Of a DNA stretch of 33,278 nucleotides, positions 10,579-19,186 are shown one piece after another (positions within the stretch are counted from its first letter, which is position 1; each line of letters starts with the position of its first letter). Under the pieces are notes generated by a model, which saw nothing but the letters and a program-made list of their open reading frames with translations, ran no database searches and had not been told where the DNA came from. The translations under genes were made by a program, and so were the position numbers. Origin of the DNA: Chrysochromulina tobinii (lineage: Eukaryota); assembly GCA_001275005.1 (NCBI GenBank), contig JWZX01002339.1:1-33278 (forward strand). Direction: 5' to 3'.

Positions 10579-12204
10579 TCAGGGGTTCAATGCCTCCACA
10601 ATGTGCTCCTCCTCCACCTCCCGCGTCCCACGACTGCTGATTGCTAGTCGCCGCTCGGCCGCCACCGCTACGCGTTCGCGCTTCGCCGCCGCCACGGCCG
10701 CCTTGGCCGCGCCTCCACGGGCCGAGGCAGGCCTGGCGCTGGCGGACGAGCTGCTGGCAGCAGCCTTAGCGGGCCCACCGTGGACCGCAGATGCCGTGGC
10801 GCCCCTGCCTCCTGCACCTCGGAGGCCGCCGGCACCTACCGTCAGTGTCTTGGGAGCTGCGGCCGCCTGAGCCGCTCCACCTTCGCGTGTGCTGCTCGCG
10901 TCAGCGCCTGGCTCCCTCCCGATCGTCTCCCTATCGCGAGGAGCCGTGGCAGCGGCTCCCGCAGCGGCCTCCGAGGAGACCGCGGCGCTGGCGCCGCCGC
11001 CCGCCGCCGCCGCCGCGAAACGTGCCTCGGCGGCAGCTGCTGCCTTCTCGCGCAGCTGGGCGGGCGTCGGCGGCGCGAAAGGTGGCCGACTACGCGCGGC
11101 GGGTCCTTTTTGACTTGATGCTCCTCCTGCCTTGAGCGCCGCCCCGAGCGCGGCGGGTCCTTTTTGACTTGTTGCTCCTCCTGCCACGAGCGCCGCCCCG
11201 AGCACAACCCGGCTGCGTGGCGCTCCTGGCGCGGCGGCAGCGCTGCGCGGCGGTGGTGGCGAGGGCTCGGCGGTGACACTGCCCCCGAGGCGGTGGCCGG
11301 ATGTGCCGTGCGCACTTTCCGACATGGTAGCTTGCATCTGGCGTAGACGACCGACGTGCTCGTCCGCCTGGCGGTCGTAGCGTGCAAAGGTCGCCGCCGT
11401 GGAGCTGAGCGGCACGAACCCCCCCGAGTCTGCCGCGGACGACGAGGCGGAGCTGGCGCCCAAGGACGCGAGCGTGTGCACGTAGCCCGAACCCTCGCGA
11501 GCCCCGCCGTCGCTACAAGTGCCGCAGACGGCAGCCGAACTGTCGGTGAGCGGCAGCGGTGCGATGCCCTCGCGCTCAACTCCCGAGAGGAGGCTGCTCA
11601 TGCGTGTGATACCACCGCACACGGCGTCGAGATGTGGCTTCTCCTCCGACCAGCCGCCGAGGTTGGACTCGGTCGTCTTGCCCTGACGCGCTCGCTCGGC
11701 CGCGGTCTCGAAGATGGTCGCGTGCGCGCCATACGGTTCGCCGCAGGAGCCGCATCTCCATGTCGATTGGAACCCCTTGCAGTCGCATCCCGGGTGCTTA
11801 CACACGGTGGGCCGGCCATCAGGCTTGCGGTGCTCGTGGTGCTCGTGCTTGCACGAGCACCGCAGGTGGGTGCCGCCTCGGCCTGGCACGTAGGAGAAGC
11901 ACGAACACTTGCACCCATCGACGCGGCAGCGGATTCGCTTGGAGTCCGTCTCGTACCACGCGTGCGAAGAGTACGAGTGCGTGCAGAAGCATCGCGTGGC
12001 TGGTCCGATGGTCTGGCACTCGGTGCGTGCGACCGGAGCGGTCCAGTACACGTAGAGCCGGGTTCCTTGACTCTTGATCTGAAGCGCCTTCCGCGTTAGC
12101 TCCTCGAGGTCTGGCGTACTGGCCTGGCCCATGAGCAGATTGGCTTCGTAAAAGGAATCGACTGCAGCCGCGGCATCACGCTTGCTGAGGAAGTCCGAGG
12201 GCAT
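10579..12204 (-). CDS. FAM221A/B-like (DUF4475) Cys/His-rich protein with Ala-rich low-complexity tail
   Basis: IGPATRCFCTHSY..H, C..GCKC..FSYVP, RCSCKH..H, C.GF.S.W.C..CG.PY.AH.TIFET..ER...GK, GGIT..SSL match the FAM221 pattern. Confidence 0.85.
   Translation of the reverse strand: MPSDFLSKRDAAAAVDSFYEANLLMGQASTPDLEELTRKALQIKSQGTRLYVYWTAPVARTECQTIGPATRCFCTHSYSSHAWYETDSKRIRCRVDGCKCSCFSYVPGRGGTHLRCSCKHEHHEHRKPDGRPTVCKHPGCDCKGFQSTWRCGSCGEPYGAHATIFETAAERARQGKTTESNLGGWSEEKPHLDAVCGGITRMSSLLSGVEREGIAPLPLTDSSAAVCGTCSDGGAREGSGYVHTLASLGASSASSSAADSGGFVPLSSTAATFARYDRQADEHVGRLRQMQATMSESAHGTSGHRLGGSVTAEPSPPPPRSAAAAPGAPRSRVVLGAALVAGGATSQKGPAALGAALKAGGASSQKGPAARSRPPFAPPTPAQLREKAAAAAEARFAAAAAGGGASAAVSSEAAAGAAATAPRDRETIGREPGADASSTREGGAAQAAAAPKTLTVGAGGLRGAGGRGATASAVHGGPAKAAASSSSASARPASARGGAAKAAVAAAKRERVAVAAERRLAISSRGTREVEEEHIVEALNP
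11094..11201 (-). repeat. 54-nt coding tandem duplication (LGAALxAGGAxSQKGPAA x2)
   Basis: Copies 11094-11147 and 11148-11201 are nearly identical. Confidence 0.9.
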
Positions 12205-12417
12205 CTAGTGACGGTTTGACTTGTGACGAGTGACAAGAGACGAGCTCGAGCGCTTCTGTGCGGATTTGTCGCGCGTGTGAACGTTAACACGACGTATTGA
12301 AGTGAGTTGCAACCACTCAGCCCTTAACTTGACCTAATTAAACTTGACATATGGAGTTTTTCGCGGGACTCATTATGGGTGTTCCTCCGCGCGGGGCACA
12401 CCACACGCCACCTGTGC

Positions 12418-13539
12418 ATGTTAGTCATAATCGTCCTCGCGGCCGCCGCACAGCTGATCAGCCTGTTGCCCAACGCCTTTTCTCGAAACGAGTGCGAGGA
12501 GATCGTCAATCTCTTCCAATCCTTTAAAGCCGAGAAGGACGTGCGAAGCAACCCTTTGCTCCCGCTCATGGAGGGTTCACCGTTTCGTGTGGCACGCGTG
12601 AACCGCTTTGACGATGGCACGGATCCCCATAGCATACGGAAGCTGCACGAGGCTGTGCTCGTCAGGGTCAGATCAGCTTTACGCGACCATGTCTTGGTCG
12701 ACCAATTGGAGACCGTCGATGCCTTCTCGTCGGCCGTCGCATTCACGCTGCTGCACGAATTCGTCGCAGAGCAGCATGACCACTTCGACTGGCACATTGA
12801 CACCAAACCAGGCGACGGTACTGGGCGGACGATGAACATCAACGTCATGCTGTCTGCTGGCGATGCCTACGAGGGTGGCGAGCTACAAGTTGGTAACACG
12901 ACTTTGAAGCCGCAGCAGGGCTCCATTTACGTGTATCCTGCTGCGCTGCCACACAGGGTCACCAGGCTGCAACGTGGACGTCGATATACTCTCATACTAG
13001 CCCTCGCCACGCGGGACATGTCTGCGGCAGCGGGAGGCGTTGAGGGAGGCGTGGCATCGGATCGCAACGCCGACTACTGGCATGACTACTGGCGGGTGCG
13101 CGAGGCCGCCTTCGGTGAACTTCTGGCAGAGACGACTGGCAGCTTGGCGGATGAACCCAAGGTACACATATTGCACGGAGAAGTACTCGAGGCAGCAGGG
13201 CGAGAAGACGAGGCTCAGCAGGCTTTTTGCCGCTCCTACCGAGCACTCTCGGATGGCGGCCTGCGGCTCAGTGGCAAATTCTACGAATCGGGTGTAGAGG
13301 CGCTGCAGGCAGAAGGGCGTGACCTAAAGCGTGCCGAGAGGTTTCTGGCCATGGCGGCCTGCATCGATAAAAATCACGGCGAGGCTGTGGCCGCCGTCGA
13401 AGTCGTGCGTGAGGCACTTGCAATCGTACGCCGGCGGGATGATAAGCGGGATGAAGGCGTGCCAACAATCATGAAGAATTTCATTGAGAAAGACCCGACT
13501 CATGTCGCGATGACGCTGGGCGAGACAGAAGATTTGTGA
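12418..13539 (+). CDS. 2OG-Fe(II) dioxygenase (prolyl-4-hydroxylase/PKHD-like) with signal peptide, TPR-like helices and C-terminal TEDL
   Basis: FDWHID (HxD), YEGGEL, LPHRVT (distal His), GRRYTL (2OG-binding Arg); MLVIIVLAAAAQ leader from ATG 12418; VHILHGEVLEAAGREDEAQQAF TPR-like. Confidence 0.85.
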   Translation: MLVIIVLAAAAQLISLLPNAFSRNECEEIVNLFQSFKAEKDVRSNPLLPLMEGSPFRVARVNRFDDGTDPHSIRKLHEAVLVRVRSALRDHVLVDQLETVDAFSSAVAFTLLHEFVAEQHDHFDWHIDTKPGDGTGRTMNINVMLSAGDAYEGGELQVGNTTLKPQQGSIYVYPAALPHRVTRLQRGRRYTLILALATRDMSAAAGGVEGGVASDRNADYWHDYWRVREAAFGELLAETTGSLADEPKVHILHGEVLEAAGREDEAQQAFCRSYRALSDGGLRLSGKFYESGVEALQAEGRDLKRAERFLAMAACIDKNHGEAVAAVEVVREALAIVRRRDDKRDEGVPTIMKNFIEKDPTHVAMTLGETEDL

Positions 13540-13847
13540 GGGGCGTTAAGCGGCGGGCGCGCGAGAGAGAGATACGTAGACGGCAGACGCGGGGCTGGTA
13601 CGGGGCTGGGCTGCACGCGTATATTGGTTATACGACGCTCGAGCATGGGGTCCGCCCGGTCGGCGAGACATACGATACGACATACGAGTCATAGCCTCCA
13701 TAGCGTAACGGTCGCTGAACCGGGCGGCTTCGCCCGTAACACGAACGCGAAAACGATCTAAATGTCGCAAATTTGTGAGTACCCAGACCTGAATTTTTTC
13801 TAAGTCGGTATCGGTCCACCTAGCGCAAGGTGCGCTGCACGATCGTT

Positions 13848-15533
13848 TTAGAGTTGTTTAGCGTGTAGCAGAGGCGCAACAGCATTGACCGCCCGCGCCA
13901 TCGAGCGCGGCATGGCGAGAGGAGGCAGCTGCAGCTCCACATTTTCGGATGCGCCCGCGCGCGCCGCATAGCGTGGGACGGCCACCGGGACGGTTCGGGC
14001 TGAGGCGGCCCCGCTGGCCTTACCGCTGGCCTTACCGCGGGGCGACGCGAGGGGTGGGAGGGGCAGCATGCGCGAGGAGGCGGCGCCTCCTGGCATCGAG
14101 CTCTTCCCCACCGCGCCGCTCGCTGATGCTGACGCCTGCGCCCTCGCGTCGCCTGCCGCGCAGGCTGCTAACTCTGACTCCGACCGCTCAATTGCCGCCG
14201 TAACCTCAGCGTCGACGTCGGGTCGTAACCGCCGGCGCTGGCGCCCTCGATGCGGGGCGCAGTCGCGGGCGGACCTCGGCTGATAGATGGCGCGCTGGAG
14301 CGGCTCCACGCGCCACTGGTGTCCAATGTCCTGGGCAGCCTTGGCGCCTCGCAATCCAAAGGGGTCGTCGTCGAGCGGGGCGGTCATGCCTGGAATCCGC
14401 TCGGCATGCCACCACTCCGGTTCGGCATAGGTGCTCATCCCAACGGCGGGTATGTGGAAGATCGAGCCGTCCATCGGCTTGCGTACGCCGTTGCGCATCA
14501 TCGTCGGCAAGGAGTATGCGACGGGCGCCGTCCTCTTGCTTGGGCGAGCTCGCCGGCCAACTCGAAGGCGCGCACCCGCTTCCTCATCCTCGAGGGTTGC
14601 GTAACTATCAGGCTGACCCGCCAAGGAGGCGGGGGAGCATGCGAACTGCGCTACGCTCGAGGGCTGGCGAAGCAGCGGCGGCGGCGCGCCGAGCGTCGTC
14701 GGCGCCGCGCTGGGCGGCGCCGCGCCCTCATCTAGTGGCAGGAAGCGCACGTTACTCGGGTCGGAAGGAGGCGCTTCGAGGATGGAGCACCAGAGCAGGT
14801 ACACGAGCCCGTCCTCTGCTGGCTTCCAAGTGCATAGCTGTCGGAAGACCTTGGTCCTATAGTTGTGTTCCCTGTCGAACATCTCCGCGATATGCGCGCT
14901 GACCTCCGAGACGCGCGCGCGCAGGTGCTGATTGATCACGCTCGCGGAGCTCACGTTGCGCACGCCACCCTCAAAGGTCGCGAGTCGCTGTGCCACAGGA
15001 TGCTTCTGGTCGCCCACGCTGTACCAATTGGTGCGCTGCTCCAAGGAGAGGTGATGCGGCGACCAGTCGGTGCGCAGGTGTGAGTTGTGCCCGCCAAAGG
15101 GCGCCACCCACCGCTGCAGCACGCCGTGCCCGTGCCGCGGCGAGTTGCACAAGAAAAACGAGAAGTTGGCCCTTGTCAGGTACAGCAGCTTGCAATTCTC
15201 CTTCGGCTCCGCGTTGACCCACAGCGCCACGATATCCTGCTCCTGCTTTCCCGTGCAGAAGGCCTCAATGATACGGTCGGTAACGTCGCTGCTTTTGATC
15301 TTCGAGTCACGCTTTCGCTTGACCAGCGGTAACGGGCCCTTCCGAGGTGAGCTCTTGCTGTCCTTGCTGTTGAAGTACCAGCTCTCGAGCTTCCCATACT
15401 TGTATGTGAGCGTGTCGGGAATGTGCACACGCGCTCTACATTTCCACAGCAGCTCGAAAAGCATGACCTGGAGCGGGACCTCGTCCTCGAGCGCGTCCAG
15501 CATTAGGGCCACAAACGAAATTTGTAACGTCAT
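13848..15533 (-). CDS. Uncharacterised protein with globular N-terminal half and low-complexity tail
   Basis: ~560-aa ORF; IPDT..Y.YG...WYF and GVLQRWVAP.G.HNS.LR.DWSP..RLATFEG resemble an uncharacterised protist family (recollection, unverified); start 15533 or 15503. Confidence 0.75.
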   Translation of the reverse strand: MTLQISFVALMLDALEDEVPLQVMLFELLWKCRARVHIPDTLTYKYGKLESWYFNSKDSKSSPRKGPLPLVKRKRDSKIKSSDVTDRIIEAFCTGKQEQDIVALWVNAEPKENCKLLYLTRANFSFFLCNSPRHGHGVLQRWVAPFGGHNSHLRTDWSPHHLSLEQRTNWYSVGDQKHPVAQRLATFEGGVRNVSSASVINQHLRARVSEVSAHIAEMFDREHNYRTKVFRQLCTWKPAEDGLVYLLWCSILEAPPSDPSNVRFLPLDEGAAPPSAAPTTLGAPPPLLRQPSSVAQFACSPASLAGQPDSYATLEDEEAGARLRVGRRARPSKRTAPVAYSLPTMMRNGVRKPMDGSIFHIPAVGMSTYAEPEWWHAERIPGMTAPLDDDPFGLRGAKAAQDIGHQWRVEPLQRAIYQPRSARDCAPHRGRQRRRLRPDVDAEVTAAIERSESELAACAAGDARAQASASASGAVGKSSMPGGAASSRMLPLPPLASPRGKASGKASGAASARTVPVAVPRYAARAGASENVELQLPPLAMPRSMARAVNAVAPLLHAKQL

Positions 15534-15616
15534 CAATTGATCTCATAAACCTGGCAATTTGGATATTGAACCCCTTACGCGAGTGTGAAGCGAGATTCAT
15601 GAACGTCTAGCGAAAC

Positions 15617-15654
15617 TACGCGCGATAAAACTCCCGGGAGTTTTATCGCGCGTA
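15617..15654. repeat. Perfect 38-bp palindrome TACGCGCGATAAAACTCCC-GGGAGTTTTATCGCGCGTA
   Basis: 19-nt arms are exact reverse complements with no spacer; ends on the A of the ARP start codon. Confidence 0.95.
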
Positions 15655-16907
15655 TGGCGACGTATGGCACGTCTTTCGTGGGCACGCTGACCTTCGACGT
15701 CGGCTCGGTGACAACGCGCGCGGGCTACGCGGGTGAGGACTCACCGCGCACCATCTACCCGTCTTCGGTGTGCGCGTGGGTCGATGACACCGGCGGCCGG
15801 CGGAAAGAGGTGCTCGAGTACGAACCACGCTTTAGTGACGACACATTTGCACGCATGCAGGTGCGGCCGCTCCAGACGCGCGCCGGCGTCGTCGACGAAT
15901 GGGCGTTGCGTGCTCTTCTTGATCACGGCCTGCACCAGATCGGGTGCACCAGCTGGGCGGAGCACCCGGTGATGCTGACCGAGCCAACCAGTGCCGGGCC
16001 CTCCGTGCGGCAGCGCACGGCTGAGTTCATGTTCGAGGAGCTCGGCGTGCCCGCGCTGTGCGTGGCGCGCTGCGCTGAGCTCGTGGCCATCGGTCTCGGC
16101 ACGACGACCGCGGTCGTGCTCGAGCTGGGCGGAGAGGCGTCTACGGCGGCAGTGGTCGCTGACGGTTCGGTGGTCATGCGCTCGGTGCAGCGCTCGCCGC
16201 TGGGCGGCGTCAACATCGCGCGCACACTGCTTCAGCTGGTCTCGCGCCGGCCGGAGCTCGGCTCCACCGGCTTGCTCCCGGCGTGTGCGCTCCGCCCGCG
16301 CTGCGACCCCACCTACCGCGAGATGCGTGAGCACGAGTTAGCCCGAGGGCTGCTAGAGAGTGTGGGTCGGTGCCTGGAAAGCAGGCAGGCGAGCGCGCAG
16401 ATGCGCAAGTCCGGCAAGGCGGACACAGCGCGTCTGCCACCCGCCGAGTATGTGCTCCCCGACGGGCGCATCCTCGAGCTCAGCCAGGAGGGCGCAACCG
16501 TCGCTGAACATCTCTTCAAGGAACATCCGGTCGATGTGGGCTTGTTGACGCCGCTGCCTGCGCTCGTGATGAACGCGATCGGCTCGGTCGAGGGCGAGAT
16601 GCACAAGGAGCTGCTGCGACACGTCATCCTCACGGGCGGGCTCACCTGCATGCCCGGCATGAACGAGCGCCTCGAGGACGAGCTGCGCGCCGCCGCCGCT
16701 AAGTCCGCCACGCAATCGATCATCAACCAGGCGCACCGCATGACGCTCATGAACGCGAATGCGCACGACCGCCGGCACGGCGCGTGGCTCGGCGGCTCCG
16801 TTCTCGGCAGCCTCGGCTCGCACACCGAGATCTGGATGTCGCGGGCGGAGTACGAGGAGCACGGTTCACCGCTCATCAGCCGCAAGGGCATGCAGTACAA
16901 TTGGTGA
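15654..16907 (+). CDS. Actin-related protein (ARP4/ARP7-like)
   Basis: FDVGS.TTRAGYAGEDSP, HPVMLTEP, AEFMFEELGVPA, YVLPDG, VILTGG, AWLGGSVLGSLG..WMSRAEYEEHG. Confidence 0.92.
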   Translation: MATYGTSFVGTLTFDVGSVTTRAGYAGEDSPRTIYPSSVCAWVDDTGGRRKEVLEYEPRFSDDTFARMQVRPLQTRAGVVDEWALRALLDHGLHQIGCTSWAEHPVMLTEPTSAGPSVRQRTAEFMFEELGVPALCVARCAELVAIGLGTTTAVVLELGGEASTAAVVADGSVVMRSVQRSPLGGVNIARTLLQLVSRRPELGSTGLLPACALRPRCDPTYREMREHELARGLLESVGRCLESRQASAQMRKSGKADTARLPPAEYVLPDGRILELSQEGATVAEHLFKEHPVDVGLLTPLPALVMNAIGSVEGEMHKELLRHVILTGGLTCMPGMNERLEDELRAAAAKSATQSIINQAHRMTLMNANAHDRRHGAWLGGSVLGSLGSHTEIWMSRAEYEEHGSPLISRKGMQYNW

Positions 16908-17077
16908 CGTGTGGGTCGGCCCGGCGCAGTGCCGACGGTGAGGAGAGATGGGCCAGCTGCGCTCATCGCCAAGAAAACATTTTGCGCGGCATGCGGCGGC
17001 CGACGTGGGCTGGTCCCTTATAGTGCTCTAACGAAGATTGTAATGAAACGAAACACTTGCGAGACTCTTAAGATACG

Positions 17078-17410
17078 CTACGATGGGTTTCCAACGATTG
17101 TCTCGCCTGGCATTACCCAGTGCCCACTGCCCGAGCGATAGACACCACGCGCCAGCTCCGCTTGCGCAGCCGCCTCGGCCACGCGCAGGCGCCCTGCGTC
17201 TGAAATCATCGTTTCTATTCGCCGTCGCATCCTTTCGACGATCAGTTCCTCTCGTTCGACAGCGACGACCTCCGCGAGCTCCTCGCGCTCGGCTGCGAGC
17301 AGCGCCTGCATTGCGAGCGCCACCTGGCGTTCTGCCGGCGCGACAAGTATCAGCCGGGCGCTCAGCAGCACCATGAGTGGAAGGAGAACGAGTCCCCAGA
17401 GATGGCGCAT
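17078..17410 (-). CDS. Small hypothetical protein with N-terminal hydrophobic segment and coiled coil
   Basis: 110-aa ATG ORF fitting the gap between two genes; LWGLVLLPLMVLLSARLILV then E/R/A-rich helix; no family recognised. Confidence 0.45.
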   Translation of the reverse strand: MRHLWGLVLLPLMVLLSARLILVAPAERQVALAMQALLAAEREELAEVVAVEREELIVERMRRRIETMISDAGRLRVAEAAAQAELARGVYRSGSGHWVMPGETIVGNPS

Positions 17411-17587
17411 GGACGTCCACGACGACGCGTATCCGTACTTTTCGCGAACTTTCGTTGAGCACGGTCAACTCGTGTCGCTTCACAGCAGTGGTCTTTTCTG
17501 TCCTTTCTGCTGGATTTCGTTCTCGTTGACGAAATGCGCTCGCTTTCAGTCCTGGAGAGCGACGTGGCGAGGTCCTCGTGGACGTCC

Positions 17588-18854
17588 ATGGACTCCTCGT
17601 CTGTGGAGGCGAATTCTGCGACAGCAGCCTCCTCCAACGGCGAGCGCCGCCCCGCTAAGAGGGCCAGGCGCTCTTCGCAGGTTGCGGGTTCATCCTCAGC
17701 CGCCGCGCCCGAGCCCGCGGCGGGGAGCGGGACCGACCACCTTACGCCGTCCTCCGACAAGGCACTCGAGCACCTCTCATGCGCTGTGTGTCTATCCATC
17801 CCCGAGGACACGGTTATGCAGTGCCAGCTCGGACACATCATATGCGCCGAGTGCCACCTCCGTGTCTGCATCGAGGACAAACCCATCTGCCCGACGTGCC
17901 GTATGCCGCTCGATCCTCTCAACCCGATCAGAAACGTCCTTGCGGAGCAGACGATCGCGCTGCTGCCGGCTGAGTGCACGAACGCGGGCTGCACCGCCAA
18001 ATGCACGCGCGGTACACTGCACACACATCTCTCGTCCGAGTGTGCCTACCGTACCGCGGTATGCAAATACCATCCACTTGGCTGCAAATGGAGTGGTGTG
18101 CAAAGGGCCTGCGGACGGCACGAGGACCGGTGCAAGAAAGCGGACATGCCCGGTTGGAAGCTGCTGAAGAAGGTGGAGCAGGTGCAGGAGGCACAGGCGG
18201 CGGGAGCCAAGCGTGAGCGCGAGGCCGCCAAAGCCGACGCACTCGTCGTTGCGATGCTTTCCACACGTTGCCGAAACCTCGAAGTGTCCCACGTGACGTT
18301 GCACAAGTGCTCCGCACATGAACATGTTGCAAGCCGGCCTGCCCACTTGGCCTCGGCCGCGTTCCAAGCTCTTGGCTGGCGCTTTAAGCTCTACACCGTG
18401 CACGACAGCGCGAGCGGCACCTACCAGGTGGCCCTCCAAATGCGTGACAGCCGCGAGCTGCCCGTGGACTTTTTCGTGGTGTGTGGTCCCGGTATCCGAG
18501 ACGTTCGCCCCACGTCCGTGAGCCACATCTTCGGGCGTGCCCGCGACGCACGCACCAGCACGCCCGTCAACCATTGCTGAGGGCGACGCGGCCGCGGCGC
18601 TCGCCAACAGCGACAGCCTCGTGCTGCGCATTGGCATCGCCGACCGGCGCCCTGGCCGCCTGTCGCGTGATTTTCAAGGGCAGACCTCGTATGGGGGCGG
18701 CGGTTACGGCGACGAGGACGGCTACGGCGAGGAGCGCGACGACGACGACGACGATGACGGCTGGAATTCGGATTCGAACGACGTCGACGACTTTGACGAC
18801 GATGACGAGTCACTCTATGACCACGACGAAGGTCCTCCGCGGCGTTACCGATAG
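17588..18854 (+). CDS. CYHR1/ZFTRAF1-like RING plus TRAF/SIAH-type zinc-finger protein, with apparent +1 frameshift at ~18569
   Basis: CAVCLSIP..VMQCQLGHIICAEC..CPTCR..RNVLAEQTIALLPAEC..CKYHPLGCKWSG. Deleting one A at 18569-18570 joins ORF 17534-18580 to TIAEGD..SLVLRIGIAD and an acidic tail ending at 18854. Confidence 0.8.
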
Positions 18855-19186
18855 AGTGACTGGTAAGTGACTGGTACCTCTATGGATCATGCTTTGGATT
18901 CGGCGACTGCCATGGGAGCGGGCGGGAGGGGTGGCGTTCAGACCGCTGCTTCGTAGCGCCGCTAGAGGACCTTAGTTCCAGCGCCATGTCGAGCGCGCGT
19001 TGGCGCCTTGTGGGACTCAGGTGGGCGTGGCTGATCGGGGTTCGCGCGAAGTATCAAGTTGTGCTCCTTAGTGCGCGTTGGTGCGAAGCTGTTCACAGAT
19101 CATGTTTGGGTCTGAAGTTTGCGTGATCCTTCGAAACTGAGCACCGCGCGAAAGCCGTGCTGCTCTTGTGGCCGCCTTCGCGGTGG

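Noticed and set aside
13546..13819. Short ORFs between convergent genes
   Set aside because: Short, no family features; probably 3' UTRs
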